NCBI GenBank assembly: GCA_964293305.1 | Contig: CAXYYO010000011.1 | Location: forward strand, 1-64,000 | DNA from: an uncultured bacterium | GTDB taxonomy: Bacteria > Bacteroidota > Bacteroidia > Chitinophagales > Chitinophagaceae | Direction of reading: 5' to 3' | DNA length: 64,000 nt | Shown: positions 9,553 to 18,787 of the stretch, one piece after another | Position numbering within the stretch: the stretch's first letter is position 1 | Layout: each line of letters starts with the position of its first letter | Notes under the pieces: generated by a model | What the model saw: the letters and a program-made list of their open reading frames with translations, nothing else | The model's database searches: none | What the model was told of the DNA's origin: nothing | Translations under genes and position numbers: made by a program

Positions 9553-9824
9553 GGTTTGCCTTCTAAACTATTGCAATAAGCCAAAGAGCCTAATCTCAGC
9601 CTAATGGCTACCCCTGTTGCTTTCTCCAGTTTCCATTCTACAGCACATGCGCCTGTGAGCTTATTGGTATAAAAATTTTTAGGAAGGCTAAAAAAGGAAA
9701 AATTTTGTGGTAATGAATCCATAGCAGTTATAGGATGCATTATTGTACTATCACTTGTTCTTGATTGTGCAGTTAAACAAACTGTTGTAAAGAAAAAAAT
9801 ACAACTAAACATAAATTGCTTCAT
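9549..9824 (-). CDS. small secreted hypothetical protein with signal peptide
   Basis: The 91-aa ORF begins with a hydrophobic leader, MKQFMFSCIFFFTTVCLTAQ. It converges on the GT2 gene with a 4-nt overlap. Confidence 0.35.
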   Translation of the reverse strand: MKQFMFSCIFFFTTVCLTAQSRTSDSTIMHPITAMDSLPQNFSFFSLPKNFYTNKLTGACAVEWKLEKATGVAIRLRLGSLAYCNSLEGKP

Positions 9825-10401
9825 AGTGTAAAATTAGTGATTGGTATGCAATAGTTTTAATGAAAAATTGCAGTCATTATAAATTTTATGAAAAGATTTA
9901 AAAAAAATACGCCATCCATCCTTATGGCAGCTACTCCATTAATTACAAAAAAGAAGGATTTTTCGCCCTACGGGCAATGCCTACAAGGTAGAGATAGCTT
10001 AAAGACAAATGATTGATAAATATGATTATTACCGTTCCCACTTGAAAAGACCCGCTTGTGAAATGTTTTTATCCACACTTCATGTAGCTATTCTTTAACA
10101 TTTTGCCACTCATATATCTTTACACCTTTCAAATGGCCAATTAGGCTATAAACAATGAACGACTACACAAATTTTCTGCTTTTCCGCTTCAGACAAAGAG
10201 TAAAACCACCAGAGTTATTTACACTTTAAGTGGTCATCGATTCCAGTATTTAGATTCGTGTACACTACACAATTTCGCAGCTTTTCAGCAAACTGTTTTG
10301 CTTGGCATATAGCATATAGCCAAATGAAATCAGTCATAGCAATTTTTTAATTCATTGCACGAAAGTGCTATAAATCAAGTTTTTAAAATACCTTTTTTGT
10401 C

Positions 10402-10557
10402 ATGAAACCAATTCTCCTTATCATCATATTATCAGTAATGGGTATATGCATGATGCAAGAAATAAATCATCCCAAATTGAGCATACAATCGGTCAGCCAA
10501 AAAGAATGGGTACCGCTCATTCCTTCATCTACAGAACTCATACGCTGGCAGTGGTAA
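10402..10557 (+). CDS. candidate small ORF (51 aa) with N-terminal hydrophobic segment, upstream of the flotillin gene
   Basis: The ATG at 10402 reads MKPILLIIILSVMGICMMQEINHPKLSIQSVSQKEWVPLIPSSTELIRWQW and ends at a TAA at 10555-10557. It is absent from the ORF track and has no homology support. Confidence 0.2.
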   Translation: MKPILLIIILSVMGICMMQEINHPKLSIQSVSQKEWVPLIPSSTELIRWQW

Positions 10558-10652
10558 ATATTTTTATCAGCCAGCATAAAACTCTCTTTATTTGTATTTC
10601 TTTTTTATAACAATCAGAATAATCCATTTATTCTTCTTAAACAGTAACAATT

Positions 10653-12578
10653 ATGAATTTATTTGAAATGATTCAGTCTTATTGGTGGGTATTAGTAATT
10701 TTACTATCATTAGTATTCTACAAATTTATCCTCCGAGTTTTTTTTGGTATGGTCATAGTACCCGAGGACCGTATAGGTCTTGTAACCAAAAAATTTGTAC
10801 TTTTTGGTGCCAACAAAGAATTGCCCGATGGGCGCATTATTGCCACAAAAGGCGAAGCAGGTTTTCAGGCAAAAACTTTAGCACCGGGTCTATATTGGGG
10901 CATGTGGCCCTGGCAGTATGGTGTTGACATGCATCCATTTTCTGTTATTCCCGAAGGGAAAATAGGATTAGTATTAAGTAATGATGGCGCTGAATTGCCA
11001 ACGGGTAATATTCTAGGTAGAAAAGTTGATTGTGATAATTTTCAAGATACACAAAGGTTTCTTGAAAATAACGGTCAGAAAGGAAGGCAAACCCATTTAC
11101 TTACCCCAGGTACATATCGTATTAATTCATTTGCATTTAGTATTACACTAGCAGATATGACAATCATACAGGAAAATATGGTAGGCATAGTGACTAGTTT
11201 GGATGGTAATCCAATACGATCCGGACAAATAGCAGGTGAATCTGTTGAAGGCCATAATAACTTTCAGGATTTCGACGCTTTTCTATCAAAAAATGGTAAC
11301 AGAGGTTTACAGCCTCAGGTAATACTTGCGGGTAGTTATTTTCTCAATCCATGGGCTATTCAATTAGAACAAATACCTATGACAGATGTGTCTATTGGTC
11401 ATGTAGGTGTAATTATATCTTATATTGGTGAAGATGGTAAGGATCTTTCAGGAGATAGTTTTAAACATGGCAATATTGTAAGCAAAGGTTTTAGAGGTGT
11501 ATGGATGGATCCATTAGGGCCAGGTAAATATCCCATCAATAAATATACTATGAAATTAGAGTTGGTACCTACCACAAACTTAGTATTGAACTGGGCAAAT
11601 GCACGTAGTGAAGCACATACATTAGACAAAAATTTAAGCACCATTACCGTACGAAGTAAAGATGGATTCCCATTCAATTTAGATGTGGCACAAATTATTC
11701 ATATACCTGCAAATGAGGCACCAAAGGTGATAGCAAGATTTGGCAGTATGACAAATTTGGTGAGCCAAGTACTAGAGCCTACTATTGGTAACTATTTCCG
11801 TAATAGTGCACAGGATAGTGATGTAATTTCATTTTTAAGTACACGTAAAGAAAGACAGACCGCAGCAAAAGATCATATCCGTACCGTTTTGGATGAGTAC
11901 AATGTAAATGCAGTAGATACACTAATTGGAGATATTGTACCTCCAGAATCTCTTATGAAAACTTTAACTGATCGTAAGATTGCACAGGAGGAAGAAAAGA
12001 CTTACGAAACACAAAGAATGGCTCAAGAAAAAAGGCAGGGCATGGAGAAAGAAACTGCCATTGCAGACATGCAAAAAGAAATTGTAAAAGCACAACAAAG
12101 TGTAGAAATAGCCCAGCGTACTGCAGATGCTACCATTCGCAAGGCAGAAGGTGATGCCAGCAGTTTAAAGCTTAATGTAAGCGCAGAAGCAGAAGCTACA
12201 AAAATGCGTGCATTGGCAGAAGCAGAAGCTACAAAAGCTAGAGCGGCTGCACAAGCTGAAGCTACCAAATTGAATGCGGATGCGGATGCTACTCAAATTT
12301 CAAAAACTGGTTTGGCAGAGGCTGAAAAAATCATGGCTATTGGTAAGAGTACAGCAGAAGCATACCAACTACAAGTGGGTGCTATGGGAGGCGATAATTT
12401 CACAAAATATAAGATGATCGAAGAAATTGGTAAAGGAAATATTAAAATTATACCAGAAATACTTATAGGTGGGGGAAATAGTACTGATGGCAGCCTGAGT
12501 GGTTTGATGGGCATGCAATTGCTCCAAATGATTCAGGAAAAGAAAAAAGAGCAGGGAGAAGGAGAAGAAAAATCATAA
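10653..12578 (+). CDS. flotillin-like SPFH/band-7 family protein (YqiK/FloT-like)
   Basis: The 641-aa ORF has an N-terminal TM helix and an SPFH-like core. The C-terminal region is coiled-coil with Ala/Glu repeats (AEAEATKMRALAEAEATKARAAAQAEATK), characteristic of flotillins. Confidence 0.8.
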   Translation: MNLFEMIQSYWWVLVILLSLVFYKFILRVFFGMVIVPEDRIGLVTKKFVLFGANKELPDGRIIATKGEAGFQAKTLAPGLYWGMWPWQYGVDMHPFSVIPEGKIGLVLSNDGAELPTGNILGRKVDCDNFQDTQRFLENNGQKGRQTHLLTPGTYRINSFAFSITLADMTIIQENMVGIVTSLDGNPIRSGQIAGESVEGHNNFQDFDAFLSKNGNRGLQPQVILAGSYFLNPWAIQLEQIPMTDVSIGHVGVIISYIGEDGKDLSGDSFKHGNIVSKGFRGVWMDPLGPGKYPINKYTMKLELVPTTNLVLNWANARSEAHTLDKNLSTITVRSKDGFPFNLDVAQIIHIPANEAPKVIARFGSMTNLVSQVLEPTIGNYFRNSAQDSDVISFLSTRKERQTAAKDHIRTVLDEYNVNAVDTLIGDIVPPESLMKTLTDRKIAQEEEKTYETQRMAQEKRQGMEKETAIADMQKEIVKAQQSVEIAQRTADATIRKAEGDASSLKLNVSAEAEATKMRALAEAEATKARAAAQAEATKLNADADATQISKTGLAEAEKIMAIGKSTAEAYQLQVGAMGGDNFTKYKMIEEIGKGNIKIIPEILIGGGNSTDGSLSGLMGMQLLQMIQEKKKEQGEGEEKS

Positions 12579-12664
12579 ATATACATTCACTACCTGTTCG
12601 ATATTACCCTAATTAAAAACTGGCATACTATTCTATTGAGGAAAAGTAAATTTTAAAATTGAAA

Positions 12665-12949
12665 ATGAATAAAAACAGCAATTCTTCTTTGATACTTTGT
12701 ATCTTGATGGATATCATTGGATATGCCAGTTTTTCCTTACCCGGTTTAGCAGAATTTACAGATGTGGTATGGGCCCCCATTTCCGCTTTTGTTTTTTATA
12801 AAATTTTTGGTGGCACAAAAGGTATGCTGGGTGGTGCATTTAATTTCTTAGAAGAAATATTGCCGTTTACAGATTTCATTCCATCCTTTACTTTAATGTG
12901 GTTGTGGAATTACTTCACCAAAAAGGAAGTAGTGAAAATCGGAGAATAA
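12665..12949 (+). CDS. small membrane protein (2 predicted TM helices) co-oriented with flotillin
   Basis: The ORF is about 94 aa. An ATG at 12665 is more likely than the TTG at 12659. The hydrophobic stretches are LILCILMDIIGYASFSLPGLA and VVWAPISAFVFYKIFGG. Confidence 0.5.
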   Translation: MNKNSNSSLILCILMDIIGYASFSLPGLAEFTDVVWAPISAFVFYKIFGGTKGMLGGAFNFLEEILPFTDFIPSFTLMWLWNYFTKKEVVKIGE

Positions 12950-12962
12950 AAACCTAAAAATG

Positions 12963-12988
12963 GTCATCGATGAGGTGACTATTTTTTA
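12963..12988 (+). terminator. weak intrinsic terminator after the flotillin/small-protein pair
   Basis: A GTCATC / GATGA loop / GGTGAC stem (6 bp with one G·U) is followed by TATTTTTTATT. Confidence 0.35.
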
Positions 12989-13182
12989 TTATTCATCAAG
13001 TGTTTTCAGAATAAGTTTTTAAATATTTCAATTTCCTTTAGAAATAGTTGATTACCTATTTAGGTTGTATTTACATTTTAAAGTAGATTGATTTTTTTGA
13101 TAAATGGTTTGTTAACATTATAGATAGGCATTATTATTGTATTTGATGCCTAATTTTGCAAAAAGTATAAACATAAATTATT

Positions 13183-13884
13183 ATGAATTTTAAAAAAATC
13201 ATTTTGCCGATAGTGGCAGTAGTTTTTTCAGTTGCTTCTTATGCTCAAAGTACAGATGAAGTAATAACTAAATATCTAGCAGCTAAAGGTGGTGCAGATA
13301 ATTTGAAAAAAATCGAATCTCTTTTGATGAAAGGAAACTTAAATATCAATGGATTACAAATTCCAGTAACCATGTCAATGGTAAATGATGCAGGCATGAG
13401 AGTAGATTTTACCTTCAATGGCATGTCAGGTTTTCAAATTATTACTAAAGAAGCCGGATGGGATTTCAACCCATTTTCTGGCCAAACAAAACCCGAACCA
13501 TTAACTGCTGAAGATGTAAAAAGTAAGCAAGATGCTTTAGATATTAGGGATGATCTTTTGGATTATACTTTAAAAGGAACATCTGTAGAGTATCTAGGTA
13601 CTGAAGATGTAGAAGGAACTGAATGTCATAAGTTACTCCTCACTTTAAAGACGGGTAAACAAAAAACATATTTTATTGACGCTGATGGTTTCATGCTCGT
13701 AAAAAGCAGTGAAAAAACAACTGTAAATGGACAGGAAACAGAGGCAAATACAATGTATTCAAACTACAAAATGGTTGGTGATATTATGTTTGCACACAAT
13801 ATAGCAAGTGATATGGGGCCAATTGAAATGGAGAGTATAGAAATTAATACTCCTATTGATACATCAATGTTCAAACCAGAATAA
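13183..13884 (+). CDS. secreted hypothetical protein (signal peptide; possible LolA-like or β-sandwich fold)
   Basis: The 233-aa ORF starts MNFKKIILPIVAVVFSVASYAQ. Confidence 0.5.
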   Translation: MNFKKIILPIVAVVFSVASYAQSTDEVITKYLAAKGGADNLKKIESLLMKGNLNINGLQIPVTMSMVNDAGMRVDFTFNGMSGFQIITKEAGWDFNPFSGQTKPEPLTAEDVKSKQDALDIRDDLLDYTLKGTSVEYLGTEDVEGTECHKLLLTLKTGKQKTYFIDADGFMLVKSSEKTTVNGQETEANTMYSNYKMVGDIMFAHNIASDMGPIEMESIEINTPIDTSMFKPE

Positions 13885-13900
13885 ATTATCAAATAACAAA

Positions 13901-13935
13901 CACCCGCTTTCAAACTTCAGAAGCGGGTTTTTTGT
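13901..13935 (+). terminator. rho-independent terminator
   Basis: A CCCGCTT stem (CCCGCTTtcaaacttcagAAGCGGG) is followed by TTTTTTG. Confidence 0.8.
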
Positions 13936-13973
13936 TTCTATGTTTTCACTACTCAAACTTAAATTAAAATTTG

Positions 13974-16900
13974 ATGAAAAAATTATTACTTCTATTCTCA
14001 TTTGGTATATCGTTGACAGTAGGTGCACAAATTAATTCCAGTACATTTGGAATGATGGAGGCACGTACATTGGGCCCTGGAACCATGAGTGGGCGTATTT
14101 CAGCAATTGAAGGTGTAAATAGCGAACCTCGTATTCTATATATTGGTACAGCAGGTGGTGGAGTTTGGAAAAGCACAAATGCGGGTGCCTCATTTAAGCC
14201 TTTATTTGATAAATATTGCCAGAGTATTGGTGCTATAGCAATCGACCAAAAAAATCCCAAAAATATATATGTAGCCACAGGTGAGAGTAATATGAGAAAC
14301 TCCGTATCTATTGGTGATGGGATCTATAAATCAACAGATGGTGGCGATAACTGGACAAAAATTGGTTTAGATAGCACTGAGCATATTGCTAAAGTTGCCA
14401 TTGATCCTAATAACAGTAACATTGTTTATGTGGCAGCCCCAGGCCCTTTGTGGAGTGATAGTAAACATCGTGGTTTGTATAAAAGCAGTGATGCGGGTAA
14501 AACCTGGGAAAAAATTCTTTACATCAATGAGAAGGCCGGTTGTGCGGAAGTTGTAATAGATCCAAAAAATTCGAATATAATTTATGCCAGTACTTGGGAA
14601 TTTCGCCGTCAGCCATTTTCCTTTAATAGCGGCGGCACCGGAAGTGGCTTTTATAAGAGTACAGATGGAGGAAAAAACTGGAAAGAAATTTCAAATGGAT
14701 TGCCTGCTAAGCCCTTTGGGCGTATAGCTTTTAACATAGCACCATCAGATCCAAATAAATTGGTGGCCATTGTTGAAAGTAGCAGTACGGGTTTATATAT
14801 CAGTTCTGATGGAGGAGAAAGTTGGAAAAGCCAGAGTGCAATTCTCAATGTAGTAGCACGTCCTTTTTATTTTAGTACAATTGTAATTGATCCTAAAGAT
14901 GCAAAAAGGGTATATAGACCTGCATTTGAATTTTCATATAGTGACGATGGTGGTTATTCCTTTGCCACAGCAAGTAATGAAGGGGGATGGATACATAGCG
15001 ACATGCATGCACTATGGATAAACCCATCTAATACCAACAATATGTATGTGGGCACTGATGGAGGTGTATATATGAGTAACGACCGTGGTGCCACTTGGAT
15101 ATTCTGTGATAAATTACCTGTTGGTCAGTTTTATCATTTATCAGTTGATAACCAAAAGCCATATTATAGAGTGTATGGTGGTTTGCAGGATAATGGCAGT
15201 TGGGTAGCACCATCCTCATATCCTGGAGGAGTATCCAATGCTAAATGGGAATCATTTTATGGAGGAGATGGCTTCTGGACTCAGCCCGATCTTACTGACC
15301 CAAATATTGCTTATGCTGAGGCACAAGGTGGAAATATGGGTAGAACCGATTTAACTACCTTTAAAAGCACAAACATACAACCACAACAAGGCCCCAGCGA
15401 AGAAAAACTACGTTGGAATTGGAATACCCCAATTGTATTAGGGTTAAAGAATCCTCATAATTTATATACCGGTGCTCAATACCTTTATAAGAGTACAGAT
15501 CAAGGCCGCAATTGGACCAGAATAAGTGGCGACCTTAGCACTAATGATAAGAAAAAGCAAGAACAGGAAAAGAGTGGTGGATTAAGTGCAGACAATACAT
15601 CAGCAGAAAATCATTGTACTGTTTTTACAATAGCAGAATCACCCATTGATGAAAATATTGTATGGGCTGGCACTGATGATGGAAATATTCAATACACAAT
15701 TGATGGCGGAAAAAACTGGACTAATGTTTCTGCAAATTGGGCTGCTGCGGGAGCTGCCTCTCAAAGTTGGGTGAGCAGTATAGAACCAAGCAGGTATGAT
15801 AAGCAAACTGTTTATGTAAGCACAGAAAATCACATGTATGGTGATATGAATACTTATGCCGGTGTAAGTAGAGATATGGGTAAAACATGGACAATGTTTA
15901 AGAGCAAAGAGTTTACAGGATTTGCACATAAAGTAACAGAAGACCCTGTCAATAAAAATCTTCTTTTTCTGGGAACTGAAATGGGTCTTTTTGCATCTGT
16001 AGATGCAGGAGACAGCTGGTTTAGAATGAAAAATAATATACCTTGGCAAGCGTTAGTAAGAGATATAAAAATACATCCTTCAACCAGTGATCTAATCCTT
16101 GCCACACATGGCAGGGGTATTATTGTTGTAGATGATATCACTCTGATGCGTACACTTACACCTGAAATTGCTAAGAAAGACTTTATATTGTTTAATCAAC
16201 CTGATATGTTATTAAGAAATGGCATTTTGGGTGGAGTTGCTTTTCCACCGCAGGGTTGGGTTTCTGGCAATGCTCCTGATATTATTGCTATTCAATATTA
16301 CATGAAGGAAAGACTCAATTCAGGGGATGTTAGTATTGATATTTTAGATGCCTCCGGCAAATTGATTCAAAATATTCCTGGTAGTAAACGAAAAGGCTTA
16401 AATAAAGTATATTGGAATTTAAGGGGTAAAGGCCCTAAGACTGCAAGTGGCGGAAGTAAAGCAGATAATAGCAGCCTTATTGCTCCAATGGTACTGCCTG
16501 GTACCTATACCATAAAAGTGACCGCAGCAGGCAAATCCTATACTACTCCTGTTAAAGTAGTTCATGATGATATGAATAAAGATTTGTCTTTAGAAGGTCA
16601 AAAAGAGTTATATGAAAATGCTTTAAAACTTGCTTCATTTCATGAGCGGTTGGCTACTGTAGTAGAAGATGTTTCCAGAAAGCAATCTGTTTTAAGAATT
16701 GCTATAGATTCTTCAAAAGAAGCAAAACTAAAAAAAGCAGCTGGCGACTATTTGACTAGGCTAGAAACATTTCGTGCAACGCTATTACCCACCAGTAATA
16801 AATCTATTTTTGCTGATGAGAAAAGACTTCGTGAGGAAATAAGTGAAGTATATATCGCCCTTTGCTTTAAGGAAGCTGCTCTAAGTAATACTGAACTGCT

Positions 16901-17138
16901 ATCTGTAAGTCGCTTAGCTGATTCAATCAATGTAACAGAAACAAGGCACAAAACTCTGATGGCAGAATTGAATAGCAAATTGGGAAGTAAATTAGAGAAA
17001 GCGGGTTATAGTCTAGCTGTTTATCATTCGAACTATTTAAATCAAAATACGAATGAAGCTGCTGGTTTTGCACAAAATACATCAGCAAGTCAATCTGGAA
17101 TTTTGACTAGAAATTTTTTCAGAAATTTTCAATTTTAA
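13974..17138 (+). CDS. large secreted BNR/Asp-box repeat protein (sortilin/VPS10- or GH74-like double β-propeller)
   Basis: The ~1054-aa ORF has a signal peptide and at least nine S-x-D-x-G-x-x-W repeats (STDGGDNW, SSDAGKTW, STDGGKNW, SSDGGESW, SNDRGATW, STDQGRNW, TIDGGKNW, SRDMGKTW, SVDAGDSW). The start is probably the ATG at 13974. Confidence 0.75.
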   Translation: MKKLLLLFSFGISLTVGAQINSSTFGMMEARTLGPGTMSGRISAIEGVNSEPRILYIGTAGGGVWKSTNAGASFKPLFDKYCQSIGAIAIDQKNPKNIYVATGESNMRNSVSIGDGIYKSTDGGDNWTKIGLDSTEHIAKVAIDPNNSNIVYVAAPGPLWSDSKHRGLYKSSDAGKTWEKILYINEKAGCAEVVIDPKNSNIIYASTWEFRRQPFSFNSGGTGSGFYKSTDGGKNWKEISNGLPAKPFGRIAFNIAPSDPNKLVAIVESSSTGLYISSDGGESWKSQSAILNVVARPFYFSTIVIDPKDAKRVYRPAFEFSYSDDGGYSFATASNEGGWIHSDMHALWINPSNTNNMYVGTDGGVYMSNDRGATWIFCDKLPVGQFYHLSVDNQKPYYRVYGGLQDNGSWVAPSSYPGGVSNAKWESFYGGDGFWTQPDLTDPNIAYAEAQGGNMGRTDLTTFKSTNIQPQQGPSEEKLRWNWNTPIVLGLKNPHNLYTGAQYLYKSTDQGRNWTRISGDLSTNDKKKQEQEKSGGLSADNTSAENHCTVFTIAESPIDENIVWAGTDDGNIQYTIDGGKNWTNVSANWAAAGAASQSWVSSIEPSRYDKQTVYVSTENHMYGDMNTYAGVSRDMGKTWTMFKSKEFTGFAHKVTEDPVNKNLLFLGTEMGLFASVDAGDSWFRMKNNIPWQALVRDIKIHPSTSDLILATHGRGIIVVDDITLMRTLTPEIAKKDFILFNQPDMLLRNGILGGVAFPPQGWVSGNAPDIIAIQYYMKERLNSGDVSIDILDASGKLIQNIPGSKRKGLNKVYWNLRGKGPKTASGGSKADNSSLIAPMVLPGTYTIKVTAAGKSYTTPVKVVHDDMNKDLSLEGQKELYENALKLASFHERLATVVEDVSRKQSVLRIAIDSSKEAKLKKAAGDYLTRLETFRATLLPTSNKSIFADEKRLREEISEVYIALCFKEAALSNTELLSVSRLADSINVTETRHKTLMAELNSKLGSKLEKAGYSLAVYHSNYLNQNTNEAAGFAQNTSASQSGILTRNFFRNFQF

Positions 17139-17170
17139 ATCAAAAAATATTTTAAGTCAAACAATAAGAT

Positions 17171-17208
17171 AAAAAAAAAGCGGCTTCTATAGGGCCGCTT
17201 TTTTTTTA
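17171..17208 (+). terminator. rho-independent terminator (bidirectional-looking: A-run, hairpin, T-run)
   Basis: AAAAAAAAAGCGGCttctatagGGCCGCTTTTTTTTT. Confidence 0.8.
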
Positions 17209-17272
17209 TAATCAGACTGTAAAATAATATTTTAATCATGATATAAAAAATGAATCTTTAGCTTAGCCGCCA

Positions 17273-18505
17273 ATGCAGTTATCTTTTTTCCTTGCACAAA
17301 GGTTGTCGTTTAATAAACAGAAAAGTTTTAGTCGTTTCATTATACGATTAGCCACTGCTGCAACAGCTTTGAGTGTGGCTGCCATGATTCTTACCCTGAG
17401 TTTTGTAAATGGGTTTCAACAGGCCATCAGTGAAAAAGTATTTCATTTCTGGGGTCATTTGAGGGTGCAGGAATATGAACCAGATAAAGCACTTATTGCA
17501 GAAGAAACACCTGTGCCTTATAGTGACAGCATTTACAAAATTATCAAAACTCAAGATGGGATTTTATCGGTAAATGTGTTTGCTACTAAAAGTGCTGTTA
17601 TTGAAAATAAAAAGGATATTGAAGGTGTGCTACTCAAAGGTGTAAGCAACTCGTATAGCAGTAAACAAATGGAGCCTTTTTTTCAGTCAGGTAAATGGCT
17701 TGATTTTACAGATAGTTTTTATAGTCGGGATATTGTAATAAGCAGCTATATAGCCGATAGGCTACATATAAAAAAAGGAGATGCTATTCCTGTGTATTTT
17801 ATACAACCTGATGCGGGGAGTGCTACAGTTCGCTCCTTAAATGTATGTGGTATTTATAAGACAGGTATTGAAGAATATGATAAACTTTTTGCTATTTGTG
17901 ATATTAGATTGATTCAACAGATGTATCACTGGGAGAACAATGAAATTGGTGGTTTTGAAGTTTTGCTGAATGATTATACAAAAATAGACACTATAAATAG
18001 GCAATTGTATAGCAACCTGCCTGATAGATGGATAAGCCGTACTATAAAGGAAGTTTATCCAAACATTTTTGACTGGTTAGAAATAATGAATGTAAACAGG
18101 AATGTGATTTTTATTGTAATGGCAATTGTTGCTATCATCAACTTAGTAACCTGTTTGTTGATCTTAATTTTAGAAAGAACACGCATGATAGGGGTATTGA
18201 AATCATTAGGTGCCAGAGATGGTTTTATACAATCAGTGTTTTTATATAATGCATTATTCATTACCGGGTTTGGAACTTTTTTAGGATTATTGTTTGGTGT
18301 AGGTATAACGATGCTACAACAGGCTACAGGGTTTATAAAATTAGATGAGTCTGCCTATTATGTAAGCTCTGCACCAGTAGTTTTATATGCTTGGCAAGTA
18401 ATATTAGTATGCATAGCTACTATCGTGGTTTGTCTTCTTGCATTATTGCTTCCTTTAATTTTAATAAAGAAAGTATCTCCAGTAAAGGCCATTCAGTTTA
18501 GATAG
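17273..18505 (+). CDS. LolC/LolE-family (FtsX-like) ABC transporter permease
   Basis: The 410-aa ORF has an N-terminal TM helix, a large periplasmic domain and three C-terminal TM helices, with a MacB/FtsX-like end (...KKVSPVKAIQFR). Confidence 0.75.
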   Translation: MQLSFFLAQRLSFNKQKSFSRFIIRLATAATALSVAAMILTLSFVNGFQQAISEKVFHFWGHLRVQEYEPDKALIAEETPVPYSDSIYKIIKTQDGILSVNVFATKSAVIENKKDIEGVLLKGVSNSYSSKQMEPFFQSGKWLDFTDSFYSRDIVISSYIADRLHIKKGDAIPVYFIQPDAGSATVRSLNVCGIYKTGIEEYDKLFAICDIRLIQQMYHWENNEIGGFEVLLNDYTKIDTINRQLYSNLPDRWISRTIKEVYPNIFDWLEIMNVNRNVIFIVMAIVAIINLVTCLLILILERTRMIGVLKSLGARDGFIQSVFLYNALFITGFGTFLGLLFGVGITMLQQATGFIKLDESAYYVSSAPVVLYAWQVILVCIATIVVCLLALLLPLILIKKVSPVKAIQFR

Positions 18506-18514
18506 ATTATACAA

Positions 18515-18570
18515 GAGTGTAACACTCTAAAGAACATAGAATATTGCGAAGTCAGAGACTTCGCAATATT
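18515..18570. other. two consecutive stem-loops between lolE-like and mgtE; the second is a perfect 14-bp inverted repeat
   Basis: The first is AGAGTGTaACACTCT at 18515-18529. The second is AATATTGCGAAGTC-aga-GACTTCGCAATATT at 18540-18570. Neither is followed by a T-run. Confidence 0.5.
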
Positions 18571-18787
18571 TCACATTCCACCCAAATGATGCACCAGAAT
18601 TTTATTGCAAAGCCAAAACGCTTCATACCTATTCATTTGAAAACAATGGTTGACTTTTAAATAGATTACTATTCTTTCAGCCAAAAATTAACTTCGAGCA
18701 TTTATCTATATTGCCTTTCAACTTTTCCTAACAAAGTCAACTAGATCATCTTGGTGCAACATTCTCAATATCATTTACTTTGCATGC

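Noticed and set aside
12023-12514. The Ala-rich minus-strand ORFs (81 and 73 aa) and short GCAGAAGCAGAAGCTACAAAA direct repeats
   Set aside because: These are antisense or codon-level echoes of the flotillin C-terminal Ala/Glu coiled-coil repeats. They are not an independent DNA repeat element or gene.
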